Counted from the first letter of the stretch, positions 1 through 9,345 are shown. The stretch: DNA of 51,123 nucleotides from a virus (IMGVR_UViG_3300048630_000722:1-51123); one strand, 5' to 3'. Program-made: numbers and translations. The notes: generated by a model not told the origin, from the letters alone.

Positions 1-447
1 CTACCAGAGGAAGAACGTGAGGGCGCAGGCCGCGGCCGTCGCAACGGCAAAGGCGGCGAACACGACCGCGCGCGGGAAGCGGCCGAGGAGCCGGTCCGTC
101 TGCGCCATCGATCCGAGGTAGTCGTACGCCTTTCCCTGCTGCCCGTTGTGGCCCAGCTGGTGGGCGAGGTGCCACGCGAGCGTGGCCGCGACGGCGAGCG
201 CGACGGCCGGGCCGCCGGTGACGCCCGCGGCCTGGGCGATGAGGAACAGCGCCGTCGGGGCGAGCCCGACGCGGGCCACGAGGACGACGCCGTGCCAGAG
301 CCGGTTGAGCGCGGTCGCGCGGGCCCGGTCGCGGGCGGCGATCGCGTGACGCTCGGTGTTCTGGAGGCCCTCGGCGTAGCCCGAGAGGAGGCCCGAGGCG
401 GCGTGGACGAGGAGGCCCATGAGGAGGGCGGCGGCGGCGGCGGTCAT
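1..447 (-). CDS. Hypothetical multi-pass membrane protein
   Basis: ORF from ATG 447 (MTAAAAALLMG) with several hydrophobic segments; follows the head-spike fibre gene. Confidence 0.6.
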   Translation of the reverse strand: MTAAAAALLMGLLVHAASGLLSGYAEGLQNTERHAIAARDRARATALNRLWHGVVLVARVGLAPTALFLIAQAAGVTGGPAVALAVAATLAWHLAHQLGHNGQQGKAYDYLGSMAQTDRLLGRFPRAVVFAAFAVATAAACALTFFLW

Positions 448-458
448 CGGTTCGGGCG

Positions 459-2327
459 CTAGGGGAGGTCGGGGAGGGTGACGCCCCGGCGGGCGCACAT
501 GGCCCGGACGTGGGCGTGGGCGGCGGCCCGGCTCTGGGCGGACGCGGCGGTGCCGGAGAGGCGGAGGGCGAAGGCGTGGAGCGTGCCCTGGATCGTCCCT
601 GACACGTTGTAGCCGGGGCCGGTCCAGGCCGTCAGGTCCGCCCCCCGGACCTCGGCGTACACCGGGACGCCCCTTGCGACGGCGGCCTGGATCTCGGCTT
701 TCGTAACGACCGCCGCACCGTCGACGGCGTAGGACGGCGCCCCGGCCCCGGATTGACCGACGTTGTCGGCCCCGACAGAGAGCCCGACATACTTCCCCGT
801 ATCCCCGGCGTCACGGGCGAGCACGAAGCTGCCGTCGACCGTGGAGAGCGCGAGCGCGAGGTCGGAGACGGACCGGACGACGTCGAGCGTCCCGCTGAGG
901 ACGGCGTGAACGCGCCCCGAGCTACCACAAACCCACCCGGCCCGCGTGAGCACCGGGTCGGACGTGCCCACGGCGTCGTCTACGCCCTGGACGACCGTCC
1001 CGACGACGTTGCCGAGGTGGTCCCGGAGCGGGACGCGCCCGCCGGGGTACGCCTCGCCGGGGTCCGCGAAGATCCAACCGGCCGCGTCCGGCCCGGCCGT
1101 GAGCGGCGCCGGGTCCTTCGCTGTGTAGGTCGCGGGAGAGGCGCGCGTGAACGTGCCGCCGAGGCCCTCGACCGTGTCGCCCTCGGAGGGGCGGAAGCTG
1201 AACAGGTCGCCACGGTCGGCCTCGTCCATCGTGACCGCCGACGAGTACACGTCGAGGCGACGCCACCGGGCGCCCCGTTCGAGCGAGAGGTGGACCCTCC
1301 CGTCGGACCACGTGGCGGGGGCCGCGAGGGCGTTCGTGCCGCTCGTCTCGGCGTCGCCGTCGGTCCTCTGCGTGAGCGAGAGGGTGCCCGCCGCGTGGGA
1401 CAGGAGGAGCCGCGTCACGTCGCCCGGCTCGGGCGTCGTCGCGCCCACCGTGACGGCCGCCGAGGCCGATCCGTTGTGTAGGATCGCCTGGTACTTCCCG
1501 ACGTTGTGAGAGAGGACGCGGGCGTACGGGACGGCGGTGGGGTCAGCCCCGATGCGGAGGATGTCCGCCGTGCCCGAGGCAACGTGGGGCGACGTCTCCT
1601 CGATCTCGGCCAGGACCCAGAACGGCTGGTAGGCGGAGGGAAACGGGAACGAGCAAGCGTCGGCCGCGCGGGTGGCGGGGGCGCCGTACGTGGGGACGTG
1701 AGAGACCGGGTGCGCCGTCCGCGAGACGTGGGCCCGCCGGAGCCGGACGGCCCCGGTCGCGGCGGCGTCCTCGTGGGCGGGCCAGACGTAGGCGGGGGCC
1801 GTGCTGGACGAGTCGTTGACCGTGGCGATGGACACCCGCCACGCCTCGCCCGCGTCCCTGACCCACGCGCCCGTCGCGCCCGTGCTCGTGTACGTGCCGT
1901 CGTTGGGGTCGAGGAGGACGTACGCCCCCTTGATTTGGACGCGGACCTCCTGCCCGACGTGGCCGCCTTTCTCGACGTCGACGGACAGGCAGAGCGGGGC
2001 CGTGTCCGCCGTGACGGCCACGGTCCTCTCGGCCCGCCGGAGCGCCCCGGCGTCGTCCTCCACCGTCGTCCACCCGTCGGCGTACGCGAGCGCCGCGCGG
2101 AGGGCCGTCGTGGCCTCGTCCCAGTCGGTCAGGTCCTCGCTGTGGGCCAGGAGGTTCGACGCCTCGGGTTCCAGCAGGAGCGTCCGCAGGCGCTCCCCGC
2201 TCTGGATCGACCAGTCGTAGCGGGGCTCGTCGGGCGCGGCCGTGGCGAGGGCGTAGGTCGCGCCCGACGGAGGCACGTAGGCCGCGAGGCTCGAGTCAAA
2301 TCCGAGTCCGAGTCCAACTCCGAACAT
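459..2327 (-). CDS. Head spike fibre / receptor-binding protein (RcGTA Rcc01080-like)
   Basis: ATG 2327 overlaps the upstream stop. N-terminal MFGVGLGLG, plus PRYDW..LLLEPEASNLL and HVPT..APATRAAD motifs typical of spike-fibre domains. Confidence 0.65.
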   Translation of the reverse strand: MFGVGLGLGFDSSLAAYVPPSGATYALATAAPDEPRYDWSIQSGERLRTLLLEPEASNLLAHSEDLTDWDEATTALRAALAYADGWTTVEDDAGALRRAERTVAVTADTAPLCLSVDVEKGGHVGQEVRVQIKGAYVLLDPNDGTYTSTGATGAWVRDAGEAWRVSIATVNDSSSTAPAYVWPAHEDAAATGAVRLRRAHVSRTAHPVSHVPTYGAPATRAADACSFPFPSAYQPFWVLAEIEETSPHVASGTADILRIGADPTAVPYARVLSHNVGKYQAILHNGSASAAVTVGATTPEPGDVTRLLLSHAAGTLSLTQRTDGDAETSGTNALAAPATWSDGRVHLSLERGARWRRLDVYSSAVTMDEADRGDLFSFRPSEGDTVEGLGGTFTRASPATYTAKDPAPLTAGPDAAGWIFADPGEAYPGGRVPLRDHLGNVVGTVVQGVDDAVGTSDPVLTRAGWVCGSSGRVHAVLSGTLDVVRSVSDLALALSTVDGSFVLARDAGDTGKYVGLSVGADNVGQSGAGAPSYAVDGAAVVTKAEIQAAVARGVPVYAEVRGADLTAWTGPGYNVSGTIQGTLHAFALRLSGTAASAQSRAAAHAHVRAMCARRGVTLPDLP

Positions 2328-2638
2328 CAGATGTAGAGGAGGATGCCGTCGGCCGTCGTGCCGCTGGCATGGACGCGGACGACGCCGACGGGGTAGAGCC
2401 GGCCGGGCACGACCGGGATCGTCCGCACCCCGCCGTCGAGCGTCGTGATCCGGACGTCCCCGGCCGTCCCGACCTCGAACGCGCGGGCGTGGCCGTCCGC
2501 GGCCGTCCCCTGCGGCGCGAACGTCGGCAGGTCGGCGCCGTCGTCGGGGACGAACCCGCCGGGCGCGCCCTGAATGAGCACGTCCCGGGCGCACCCGGAG
2601 ACGAGGCTGAGGTCGTCTGGCGTTTGGTAGCGGGGCAT
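2327..2638 (-). CDS. Head spike base protein (RcGTA Rcc01079 family)
   Basis: VPDDGADL..ARAFEVGTAGDVRITTLDG..PVGVVRVHASGTTA pattern; 103 aa. Confidence 0.75.
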   Translation of the reverse strand: MPRYQTPDDLSLVSGCARDVLIQGAPGGFVPDDGADLPTFAPQGTAADGHARAFEVGTAGDVRITTLDGGVRTIPVVPGRLYPVGVVRVHASGTTADGILLYI

Positions 2639-2641
2639 CGG

Positions 2642-3400
2642 TTAGTCGGTGACGTGGAGGTAGCGGGCCCAGAGCGTGGCGTCGGTGCCCTCCCCGCTCT
2701 CGGTCGCGAGGTGGAGGACGTCGCCGGCCGAGACGGTCAGGCCGATGCCGAGGGAGGCGTAGCCGTCCGGGCCGCTAGGGAGGTTGTTCAGTTCGATCTC
2801 ACGCGCGCCCGCGTTGACGATGAGGAAGGCGACGCCGGTGACGACCGAGGCGGAGGCGACGGACGCCGTGACGGCGACGACGCCGTCGCGCTGGCAGGTG
2901 ACGGTCCCCGCGGCCGGGTTGGCGACGAGGTCCGGGGACGTCGCGCGGACGAGCGTGTAGTTCTCGCAGTTCGAGACCCCGCCCGCCTCGGACCCCTGGA
3001 CCATGAGGGCCTCGAGGACCTGGTCGGCCGCGGCCTCCGCCCGGTCCCGCGCGGCGACGCTCTCGTCGCGGGCCGTCTCGCTCGCGTCCTTCGCCGCCAC
3101 GCTCGCGTCGCGGGCCGCCTCCGCCTCTGTCCGGCGGTCGGCCGCGGTCTGAGCGGACGCCCCGGCGAGCTCCGCGGCGCGGATCGCCCCGTAGGGCAGG
3201 ACCGTCGGGTTCTCGGGGTCCGGGCTGTTCTCGGGCGCGAGCGTCCGGTCCGCCTCGTCGTCCGCCTCGACGGACACGGCCGCGATCCGGGCGTCGCGTT
3301 GGTCCCGCTCGATGGCGTCGTAGAGCGCCTGCGGGTTGACGTCCGGGGCGCTGGCGAGTTTGACCTCGACCTCGGGGGTGACGGGGAGACCGGTGGGCAT
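2642..3400 (-). CDS. Putative tail fibre-associated protein (coiled coil plus C-terminal beta domain)
   Basis: Ala-rich ARDASVAA/ARDESVAA repeats; position after baseplate genes. Confidence 0.5.
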   Translation of the reverse strand: MPTGLPVTPEVEVKLASAPDVNPQALYDAIERDQRDARIAAVSVEADDEADRTLAPENSPDPENPTVLPYGAIRAAELAGASAQTAADRRTEAEAARDASVAAKDASETARDESVAARDRAEAAADQVLEALMVQGSEAGGVSNCENYTLVRATSPDLVANPAAGTVTCQRDGVVAVTASVASASVVTGVAFLIVNAGAREIELNNLPSGPDGYASLGIGLTVSAGDVLHLATESGEGTDATLWARYLHVTD

Positions 3401-4333
3401 CTACGCAGGGACGTGAATGACGACGAGGCCCTGGTCCCCCTGCCACAGCTCGCAGTACCCGATCCGGACCTCGAACGAGGAGCCCTCGGCGACGAGGGCG
3501 TAGTGGTCCGCGAACCGGATCGTGGCCGAGTTGTAGGGGGCGGTGAGGGCCGGGCGCCAGGTGGCGAGCGTGAGGGTGGTCCCGTCCGTCCGGTGCTCCC
3601 GGAGCTCGACCGTGACGGGCTCCGTGAACCCGGCGGCCGCGTCCCGCCGGACGGAGGCGGCGAGCCGGAACTGCACCTCGTGCAGGCGGACGCCGCCCTG
3701 GACCTCGGCCGGCTCGAACGGGCTGAGGTCGACGTCCGCGAACCGGTCCACGAACTCGTAGTCGCCCTCCGGCGTCCGGCGCCGCTGAGGGAGGGAGAGG
3801 AACGGGACCGCCTGCGTCGCCTTGACCTCGGCCTCCTCGAACGGCCGCCCGTCAGCGTACTCCCCGCCGTTGTAGGGCGTCCGGTAGAGCGAGCTCCAGG
3901 AGGAGCGGGGCGCGGGCGGCGGGGTCTGCGGCGGCGGCGGCGGCTCGTAGCCGCCCGAGCCGTCCGGCGTCGCCGGGCCGTAGACGACGGGGACCCAGTA
4001 CCGGTCCGGCACCGCGCTCGCGACGGCCCCGTCGGGGGCGTCGCCGGCCGCCGGGATCGCCACCGGGTGGAGGTAGTAGAGCCGGGCGCGGTCGTCCACG
4101 TCCGCCGTCACGACGACGAGGCGGGGCGCGGGCGCGTCGGGCGCCGGGAGGGCGCCGAGGTCGGACCGGGTCTCGACGAGGACGGGGAACGCGGACGCGA
4201 GCGCGAGGAGGTCGCCCGTGATCCGGCCGTAGGCGTCCTCCCAGGTCGCCGGGGCCACGGGCGTGTCCGCCTCGTAGTCCGCCGGCGTGGGGTCGCCGCC
4301 GTTGGGGAGCGCGTTGCCTTGGAGGAGGGCCAT
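3401..4333 (-). CDS. Hypothetical baseplate/tail fibre protein
   Basis: Abuts both neighbours in the baseplate J operon; typical codon usage. Confidence 0.5.
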   Translation of the reverse strand: MALLQGNALPNGGDPTPADYEADTPVAPATWEDAYGRITGDLLALASAFPVLVETRSDLGALPAPDAPAPRLVVVTADVDDRARLYYLHPVAIPAAGDAPDGAVASAVPDRYWVPVVYGPATPDGSGGYEPPPPPQTPPPAPRSSWSSLYRTPYNGGEYADGRPFEEAEVKATQAVPFLSLPQRRRTPEGDYEFVDRFADVDLSPFEPAEVQGGVRLHEVQFRLAASVRRDAAAGFTEPVTVELREHRTDGTTLTLATWRPALTAPYNSATIRFADHYALVAEGSSFEVRIGYCELWQGDQGLVVIHVPA

Positions 4334-5380
4334 CTACGCGGAGGGAGGGGGGAGGGTGACGGTCTCCGCCGTCACGGCCGCCCCGTGGACGGCCGCGTAC
4401 GGGACCGGGCGGGCGGTGCCGACGGCGTAGTCCTGCCCGCGGTAGGTGACCGGCTGGGTCGTCACGACGAACCCGGCGCCGTCCCGGCCGCGGAGGGTCG
4501 CCGTCCCGGCCTCCTCGTCAACGGCGAGGACGGCGAAGCTCGGGGCGGGCCCGGCCGTCACCGGGAGGAACTCGGCGGCCGGGCGGGCGACGACCGCGTA
4601 GGGCGCCATCGTGTACGTCCCGTCCATGAGGAGGCCGTCGCCCATCGTCGGGAGCGTCCAGACGCGGTGCCCGCGGCCGAGGGCCGTCCGGGCGTGGTGG
4701 GCGAGGGCCTCGGCCGCGCGGAGCGGGTCCCCCCCGTTCTCGACGCGGTGCGCGTCCGGGATCGGGAGGACGTACGTGAGCCGGACGCCGGCCGCGGCCG
4801 CGTGCCGGAGGGAGCGGCCCACGGAGGCGTCCCACCGGGCGGTCGTCACGCGGTCCGGCCAGATCACGACCCAGGCCTCGGCCCAGTGGCCGAGCGCGGG
4901 GAGGAGCGCGCCGAGCTCGACCACGCGGGCCGTCCCCTGCTCGACGACCTCGACGGCGGGGCCGTCCGGCTGAGGGGCCTGCCCGGCGAGGTCCCGGGCG
5001 GCGCGCTCCATGCCGGCGGGCGTCCCGCGTTCCGCGTGGTAGGCGTCCGCGTTGAGGAGGAGCGCGCGGAGGTCCGCGTCCGGGAGCGCGTCCGAGTAGG
5101 TCCGGCCGAAGCCGAGGAGCCGGGCCGCGGCGTCGAGACGCGGGCGGGACAGCGCCTCGGCGCCGGCCTCGCCTATGCGGGAGAGCGTGCTGAGGAGCCG
5201 GACCGTCGGGAGGAGCCGGGCGAACTCCTCATCGGTCACGGCGGCCACGTCCGCGGCGGCGGCGTCCCCGCTCAGCGGCTCCGGGAGGATCCCGGAGACG
5301 TCGGCGGAGAGGGCGTCCGGGGCGGCCCGGAGCGGGTCCGAGGCCGGGTCCCAGGTCTGGGCCTGCGCGTCGTAGCTCAC
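4334..5380 (-). CDS. Baseplate wedge / tail protein I (P2 gpI-like)
   Basis: GTG 5380 overlaps the baseplate J stop (GTGA). LRALLLNADAYHAERGTPAGM resembles the gpI motif. Confidence 0.65.
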   Translation of the reverse strand: MSYDAQAQTWDPASDPLRAAPDALSADVSGILPEPLSGDAAAADVAAVTDEEFARLLPTVRLLSTLSRIGEAGAEALSRPRLDAAARLLGFGRTYSDALPDADLRALLLNADAYHAERGTPAGMERAARDLAGQAPQPDGPAVEVVEQGTARVVELGALLPALGHWAEAWVVIWPDRVTTARWDASVGRSLRHAAAAGVRLTYVLPIPDAHRVENGGDPLRAAEALAHHARTALGRGHRVWTLPTMGDGLLMDGTYTMAPYAVVARPAAEFLPVTAGPAPSFAVLAVDEEAGTATLRGRDGAGFVVTTQPVTYRGQDYAVGTARPVPYAAVHGAAVTAETVTLPPPSA

Positions 5381-6504
5381 GCCTGCACCCCGCCCGACCG
5401 GGCCGCGATGAAGGTGAGCCGGACGAGCGCGTCGGGCGGGACGGGCGCGGACGGCGGGGAGACGACGGTGACGGAGGCGACGCCGGGGACGGACTGCACG
5501 GCCGCGTAGAGGCGGGAGGGCGTGAGGTCCCGGCCGAGGGCGCCCTCCTGCCACGCCCGGTAGTCGGCCATCGCCTGCAGGACGGCGTCCCGGACCTCCG
5601 CCCGGCGCGCGTCGCCCTCCGGCGTGAGCGTGTACGAGAACTCCAGCTCGGCGTCCTCCACGACGGGCGCGGCGACGGTGACCGTCAGGGCGACGGGGCG
5701 GACGTCCCGGGCGGTCACGGCCTCCGCGACGGAGGCGAGCGCGGCGGCGGACGGGACCTCCCCGCCGTGACCGGCGACGACGACGCGGACGGTCCCGGGC
5801 TCTGGCGAGCTGACGACGGCGGCGCCGACGGAGGGGTGCGCGGCGAGGGCGACGGCGCGGAACCGGTCCTCCGGGCCCGCGCCGGAGGCGAGGGCGCGGG
5901 AGAGCGCGGCCCGCTCTCTGAGGCGGGCGTCCGGCTCCGGGAGGGCGCTCCCGGCCTCGGCGCTGAGCATGAGCACGCGGCCGACGCCGGGGACGGCGTC
6001 GAGGGCCTCGCCCTCCGCGTTGAGCGCGTCCCCTGACGGGCCGCCCGGCTCCTCCGCCGTGGCGGGGACGTCCACGACGGCCGCGCGCCGGCCGATCACG
6101 GCCTCGGCGTCCGTGAGGTACGTCGTGCCGAGGGCCCGGAGGCGGGTGCCGGCGGGGACCAGGAGGACGGGCTCGCGGCCGTCCTCGTCCGGGGGGAGGT
6201 ACGTCCCCTCGCCCTCCTCCGCGCGAAAGACGCGGAACCGGGCCGTGCCGGGGAGCGACGGGTGCCGCGCGACGCCGTTGAGGGCGACGAGCGCGTCGAG
6301 GTGCTCGCCGAACGAGTCCGCCAGGAGGTCGGCCCGGAGCGCCCCGTCCATGACGGCGTAGGCCCGGCTGAACTCCGCGGCCTCCGACGCGAGCAGGACG
6401 TGCTCGGGGTCCGCCTCGCTCAGGGGCACGCCCGTCCGTGCCTCGTGCGCCGCCCGGAGGCGGGCGAGGACGGTGTCCGGGGATTCGGCGACGAGGACCG
6501 GCAC
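5377..6504 (-). CDS. Baseplate J/gp47 family protein
   Basis: GEHLDAL, EPDARLRER, AGPEDRF, SPEPGTVRV and VRPVA motifs. Confidence 0.9.
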   Translation of the reverse strand: MPVLVAESPDTVLARLRAAHEARTGVPLSEADPEHVLLASEAAEFSRAYAVMDGALRADLLADSFGEHLDALVALNGVARHPSLPGTARFRVFRAEEGEGTYLPPDEDGREPVLLVPAGTRLRALGTTYLTDAEAVIGRRAAVVDVPATAEEPGGPSGDALNAEGEALDAVPGVGRVLMLSAEAGSALPEPDARLRERAALSRALASGAGPEDRFRAVALAAHPSVGAAVVSSPEPGTVRVVVAGHGGEVPSAAALASVAEAVTARDVRPVALTVTVAAPVVEDAELEFSYTLTPEGDARRAEVRDAVLQAMADYRAWQEGALGRDLTPSRLYAAVQSVPGVASVTVVSPPSAPVPPDALVRLTFIAARSGGVQA

Positions 6505-6537
6505 GGGGCGACGGGTGGGGAGAGCGCGGCGGCCCGC

Positions 6538-6579
6538 ACGCTAGGCCGGAGGGGCGCCCGAGAGGCCGACACCCCGTCG
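6538..6579 (-). promoter_or_regulatory. Late-promoter motif, copy A
   Basis: CGACGGGGTGTCGG (6579-6566), 22-nt spacer, TAGCGT; upstream of baseplate J. Confidence 0.75.
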
Positions 6580-6611
6580 CGTAGCGGCGCCCCGTGGGCG
6601 GCGCCGGGGCG

Positions 6612-7253
6612 TCAGGGGAGCGGGATGCCGTAGTCCGCGGCGCGGGAGAGGACGGGGAGCGGGAGGGCGGCGAGGTCCGCGGCGGAGCGCGCAGAGGCGT
6701 CCCAGCCGTCGGGCGGCCGGGGGAGCGCCCTCCGCTCCGGGAGCGGCGTGAGGGAGAACGACGTCCCGCGGAGGAGGGCCCTCACGGTGCTCCGACAGGC
6801 GTGGTGGTTCGGCGGGGTGACGGTGTCCCAGACCGGGTCGCCGGCCGGCGCCGTGAGCCCGTTGTAGGCCCGGCACACGTCGCTCTGCCGGCGGTCGGCG
6901 ATCCCGACGAAGGCGAGCGCCTCCAGGTCGTCGCCGAGCGCCTCGAACTGCGCGTGGCGCCCGACGGAGTAGGCCGCGGCCGTGTTGTTCCGGACCACGA
7001 GGTCGAGGTGGTGCGGGCTCAGCGGGTCCGCCCCGAACGCGCGGAGGGCGTCCTGCGCCGCGCGCGCGGCCTCCCCGGGCGCGGCCCCCTCCTGCAGCGC
7101 GTCCGTCAGGGCCTCCCGGACGGCGGCGAGGGCGTCCGAGCAGGCGACGCGGGAGACCGTGAACGCGCGGAGCCGGGCCGCGGCGTCGAGGGCGTAGAAC
7201 GCCTCCGCGGTCATGCCGACGCGGCGGGCGAGGTACGCGGCGGCCTCCCGCAT
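6612..7253 (-). CDS. MuF / SPP1 gp7-like minor head protein (frame open upstream to 7700 with no start codon)
   Basis: RAFTVS, VRNNTAAAYSVG and TPPNHHACRSTV motifs. Confidence 0.85.
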   Translation of the reverse strand: MREAAAYLARRVGMTAEAFYALDAAARLRAFTVSRVACSDALAAVREALTDALQEGAAPGEAARAAQDALRAFGADPLSPHHLDLVVRNNTAAAYSVGRHAQFEALGDDLEALAFVGIADRRQSDVCRAYNGLTAPAGDPVWDTVTPPNHHACRSTVRALLRGTSFSLTPLPERRALPRPPDGWDASARSAADLAALPLPVLSRAADYGIPLP

Positions 7254-7621
7254 CGTCAGCTCGTCCCGGTCGCCGTCGAGGGAGAGGAGCCGGGCCGCGA
7301 ACGGGACCTCGGGCTCGCCGCCCGCGTCGCCGCCCGTGGCGTCGTCCGCGAAGCTCAGGCGGTCCTCCTCCTCCGGGAGCGGGATCGGCTCCGCGTCCGG
7401 GTCCAGGTCCGGGAGGAGCCCCGCGCCCTCGGCCGCGTGCGCGGCGCCGAGGACGGCGGCGGCCGTGAGCGCCCCGTGCAGGAGCGTGGACGCCTCCTCC
7501 TCCGCGGCCTCAGAGACGCGCCAGGGTCCCGCCGTCTCCGCGTCCGCGTTCAGGGCGGCGTCCAGGACCGCCGAGCCTACGGCGCGCGCGAGGGCGGCCG
7601 AGACGGCGTCCTCCGTTCGCG

Positions 7622-9133
7622 CTAGCTCCGCCGCCGCGGCGCGCTCGTAGGCGTCCGGCTCGGCCGCGGGGTCCTCGGGCCAAAAGGGACGTCGGCGAAG
7701 TCACCCGCGGGACCGTTGGGCTCCGGCTGAGCGGGCGTCCCGGTCCGTCCCGGGGCCCCGTCCTGCGGGGCCGGCGCGGAGGGGACGGCGGTGAACACGT
7801 CTGCCGGGTCCGTCTCCTCGGAGCCCTCCAGGTTCGCGGGGCGGGGGAGGTTGTAGACGGTGTAACCGGCCTCCCGGCTCACCTCGAACCCGGCCTCCGC
7901 CGCCTGCAGCCATTGCTCGAACGGGGCCGGCTCCCGCCAGTCGAGGCGGCACCGGGGCGCGTAGCGCGCGGCGTCCGGGCCGAACCGCTTCACGGTGCAC
8001 CAGCGACCGAGGGTGCGGGTCAGCGTCTCCTCCAGCGCGTCGCCGTACCACCGGGCGACGCCGTCGACCTCCCGCTCGGAGACCTCCCCCTGCGCGCGGG
8101 CGCCGACGTCGGCGATGTCGACGGTGAGCGTCGTGGACAAGATGCCCTTTCGGATCCGCTTTTCCAGCCACGTCTGGAACCGCTCGAAGTCGTCGCCCCG
8201 CCCGCCCGTGTTCGGGACGATGAGGGCCTTGGCGGCGAGGGCCCCGGGGCGGCCGCCGGCGATCTGCGCGAGGGAGGAGGCTATGACCTTCGCCATCTCC
8301 GCGGCCTTCTTCGGGTCGTCCGAGGCGGAGTCGAACAGGGCGGCCAGGGAGGGGAGGCCGAACCGGTCCAGGAGGTCGAGCCAGAAGCCCATGCCGGCGC
8401 GGAGGAACTTCCACTCCCAGTAGACGCCCTCTAAGACGCTGACGCCCGCGGGCAGGTCCGGCTCCGCGGCGTTGACGTGCGTGATGAACTTGCAGTCGTA
8501 CGGGCCGGACGGCGGCGTGAGCGGGAGCCCGCCGGGGCGGCCGGCGCGGAGGGCGACGAGGGTCCCGTCGCGGGCGACGTCGTAGTCCTCCGTCCGCTCC
8601 GCGCGGAGGTAGGCCGGGACGCGCGCGCCCGGCGCGCCGTAGGCGCCCTCGGCGTCCACGCGCCAGACGACCTGCAGGACGGTGAACCGGCGCGTGACGG
8701 CGCGGAGGAGCCAGGAGGACGCTTCTCTCAGGTTGACCTCCGTGCGGAGGCAGTCCCGGACGTGCTCCGCGGCGGCGACGGCGAGGGGCTCGCCCTCCAT
8801 GCCCTCGGGCGGGAGCCACTCGGCGGCGCGCCCGACGATGCGCCGGTAGATCTGGAACAGGGACGCGCTCACTTCCGCGTCGCGCTCCATGCGCCGGAAC
8901 ACGTCCGCGCCCTCCTCCGCCATCGCCTCGGAGGCCGGCGGGAGGTGGTCCGTGATCGCGGCGTAGCCCCGGGCGATCCGGGCGACCTGGACCTCCCCGT
9001 CGAGCTCGCGCGGGGGCGGCGTCTTGTCCGCGTCGTCCGGCGTGACGACGGTGAGGTGCCGGCGGGCCTCCGCGGCGGTCGCCGGGCGGACGTCGCGGGC
9101 GGAGGACCAGGGGAGGAGGTCGAGGAGGCCCAA
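7622..9133 (-). CDS. Portal protein (Mu gp29 / DUF935 family)
   Basis: MERDAEVSASL, WLDLLDRFGLP, IRKGILSTTLT and ARAQGEV motifs. Confidence 0.88.
   Translation of the reverse strand: MGLLDLLPWSSARDVRPATAAEARRHLTVVTPDDADKTPPPRELDGEVQVARIARGYAAITDHLPPASEAMAEEGADVFRRMERDAEVSASLFQIYRRIVGRAAEWLPPEGMEGEPLAVAAAEHVRDCLRTEVNLREASSWLLRAVTRRFTVLQVVWRVDAEGAYGAPGARVPAYLRAERTEDYDVARDGTLVALRAGRPGGLPLTPPSGPYDCKFITHVNAAEPDLPAGVSVLEGVYWEWKFLRAGMGFWLDLLDRFGLPSLAALFDSASDDPKKAAEMAKVIASSLAQIAGGRPGALAAKALIVPNTGGRGDDFERFQTWLEKRIRKGILSTTLTVDIADVGARAQGEVSEREVDGVARWYGDALEETLTRTLGRWCTVKRFGPDAARYAPRCRLDWREPAPFEQWLQAAEAGFEVSREAGYTVYNLPRPANLEGSEETDPADVFTAVPSAPAPQDGAPGRTGTPAQPEPNGPAGDFADVPFGPRTPRPSRTPTSAPRRRS
7682..7688 (-). 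other. Candidate -1 frameshift heptamer C CCT TTT (portal to MuF)
   Basis: X XXY YYZ in the portal frame; the -1 frame is open through to the MuF stop at 6612. Confidence 0.6.
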
Positions 9134-9225
9134 GGGGAGGCGGCGCGGGAGGGGTCTAGCAGCGGCGCCCGCCCGTGCGTCCCAGAGGGGGTGTCACCGG
9201 ACGGGCGCCTTTCTCGCTAGGGTTG

Positions 9226-9298
9226 TTGCGCGGGCGGGACTCGAACCCGCGACCTTCGCCTGATGAGGGCGCTGAGCTACCAGCTGCTCCACCGCGCG
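9226..9298 (-). tRNA. tRNA-Met(CAT) with initiator-type body and atypical anticodon arm; CCA not encoded
   Basis: 73-nt cloverleaf: CGCGCGG TG GAGC AGCTGGTA GCTC A GCGCC CTCATCA GGCGA AGGTC GCGGG TTCGAGT CCCGC CCGCGCA A. Has C1:A72 mismatch and A11-U24. Confidence 0.88.
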
Positions 9299-9303
9299 GG
9301 CTC

Positions 9304-9345
9304 AGGTTGGCCCCGCCCGCGGCCCTGGACCCCGACACCCCGTCG
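9304..9345 (-). promoter_or_regulatory. Late-promoter motif, copy B
   Basis: CGACGGGGTGTCGG (9345-9332), 22 nt, CAACCT; immediately upstream of the tRNA and portal. Confidence 0.7.

Noticed and set aside
2369-5509. 1046-aa plus-strand ORF and other long antisense ORFs (e.g. 23722-25035, 38342-40594, 47598-49562)
   Set aside because: Shadow frames of high-GC genes: Arg/Gly/Pro-rich, no motifs, and they overlap well-supported genes on the other strand.
9184-9223. Partial late box AGAGGGGGTGTCAC on the plus strand
   Set aside because: Several mismatches and a 20-nt rather than 22-nt spacing to TAGGGT.
9226-9298. tRNA as an attachment site
   Set aside because: It lies mid-late-region with its own phage promoter, and no duplicate of its 3' end was seen in the window.
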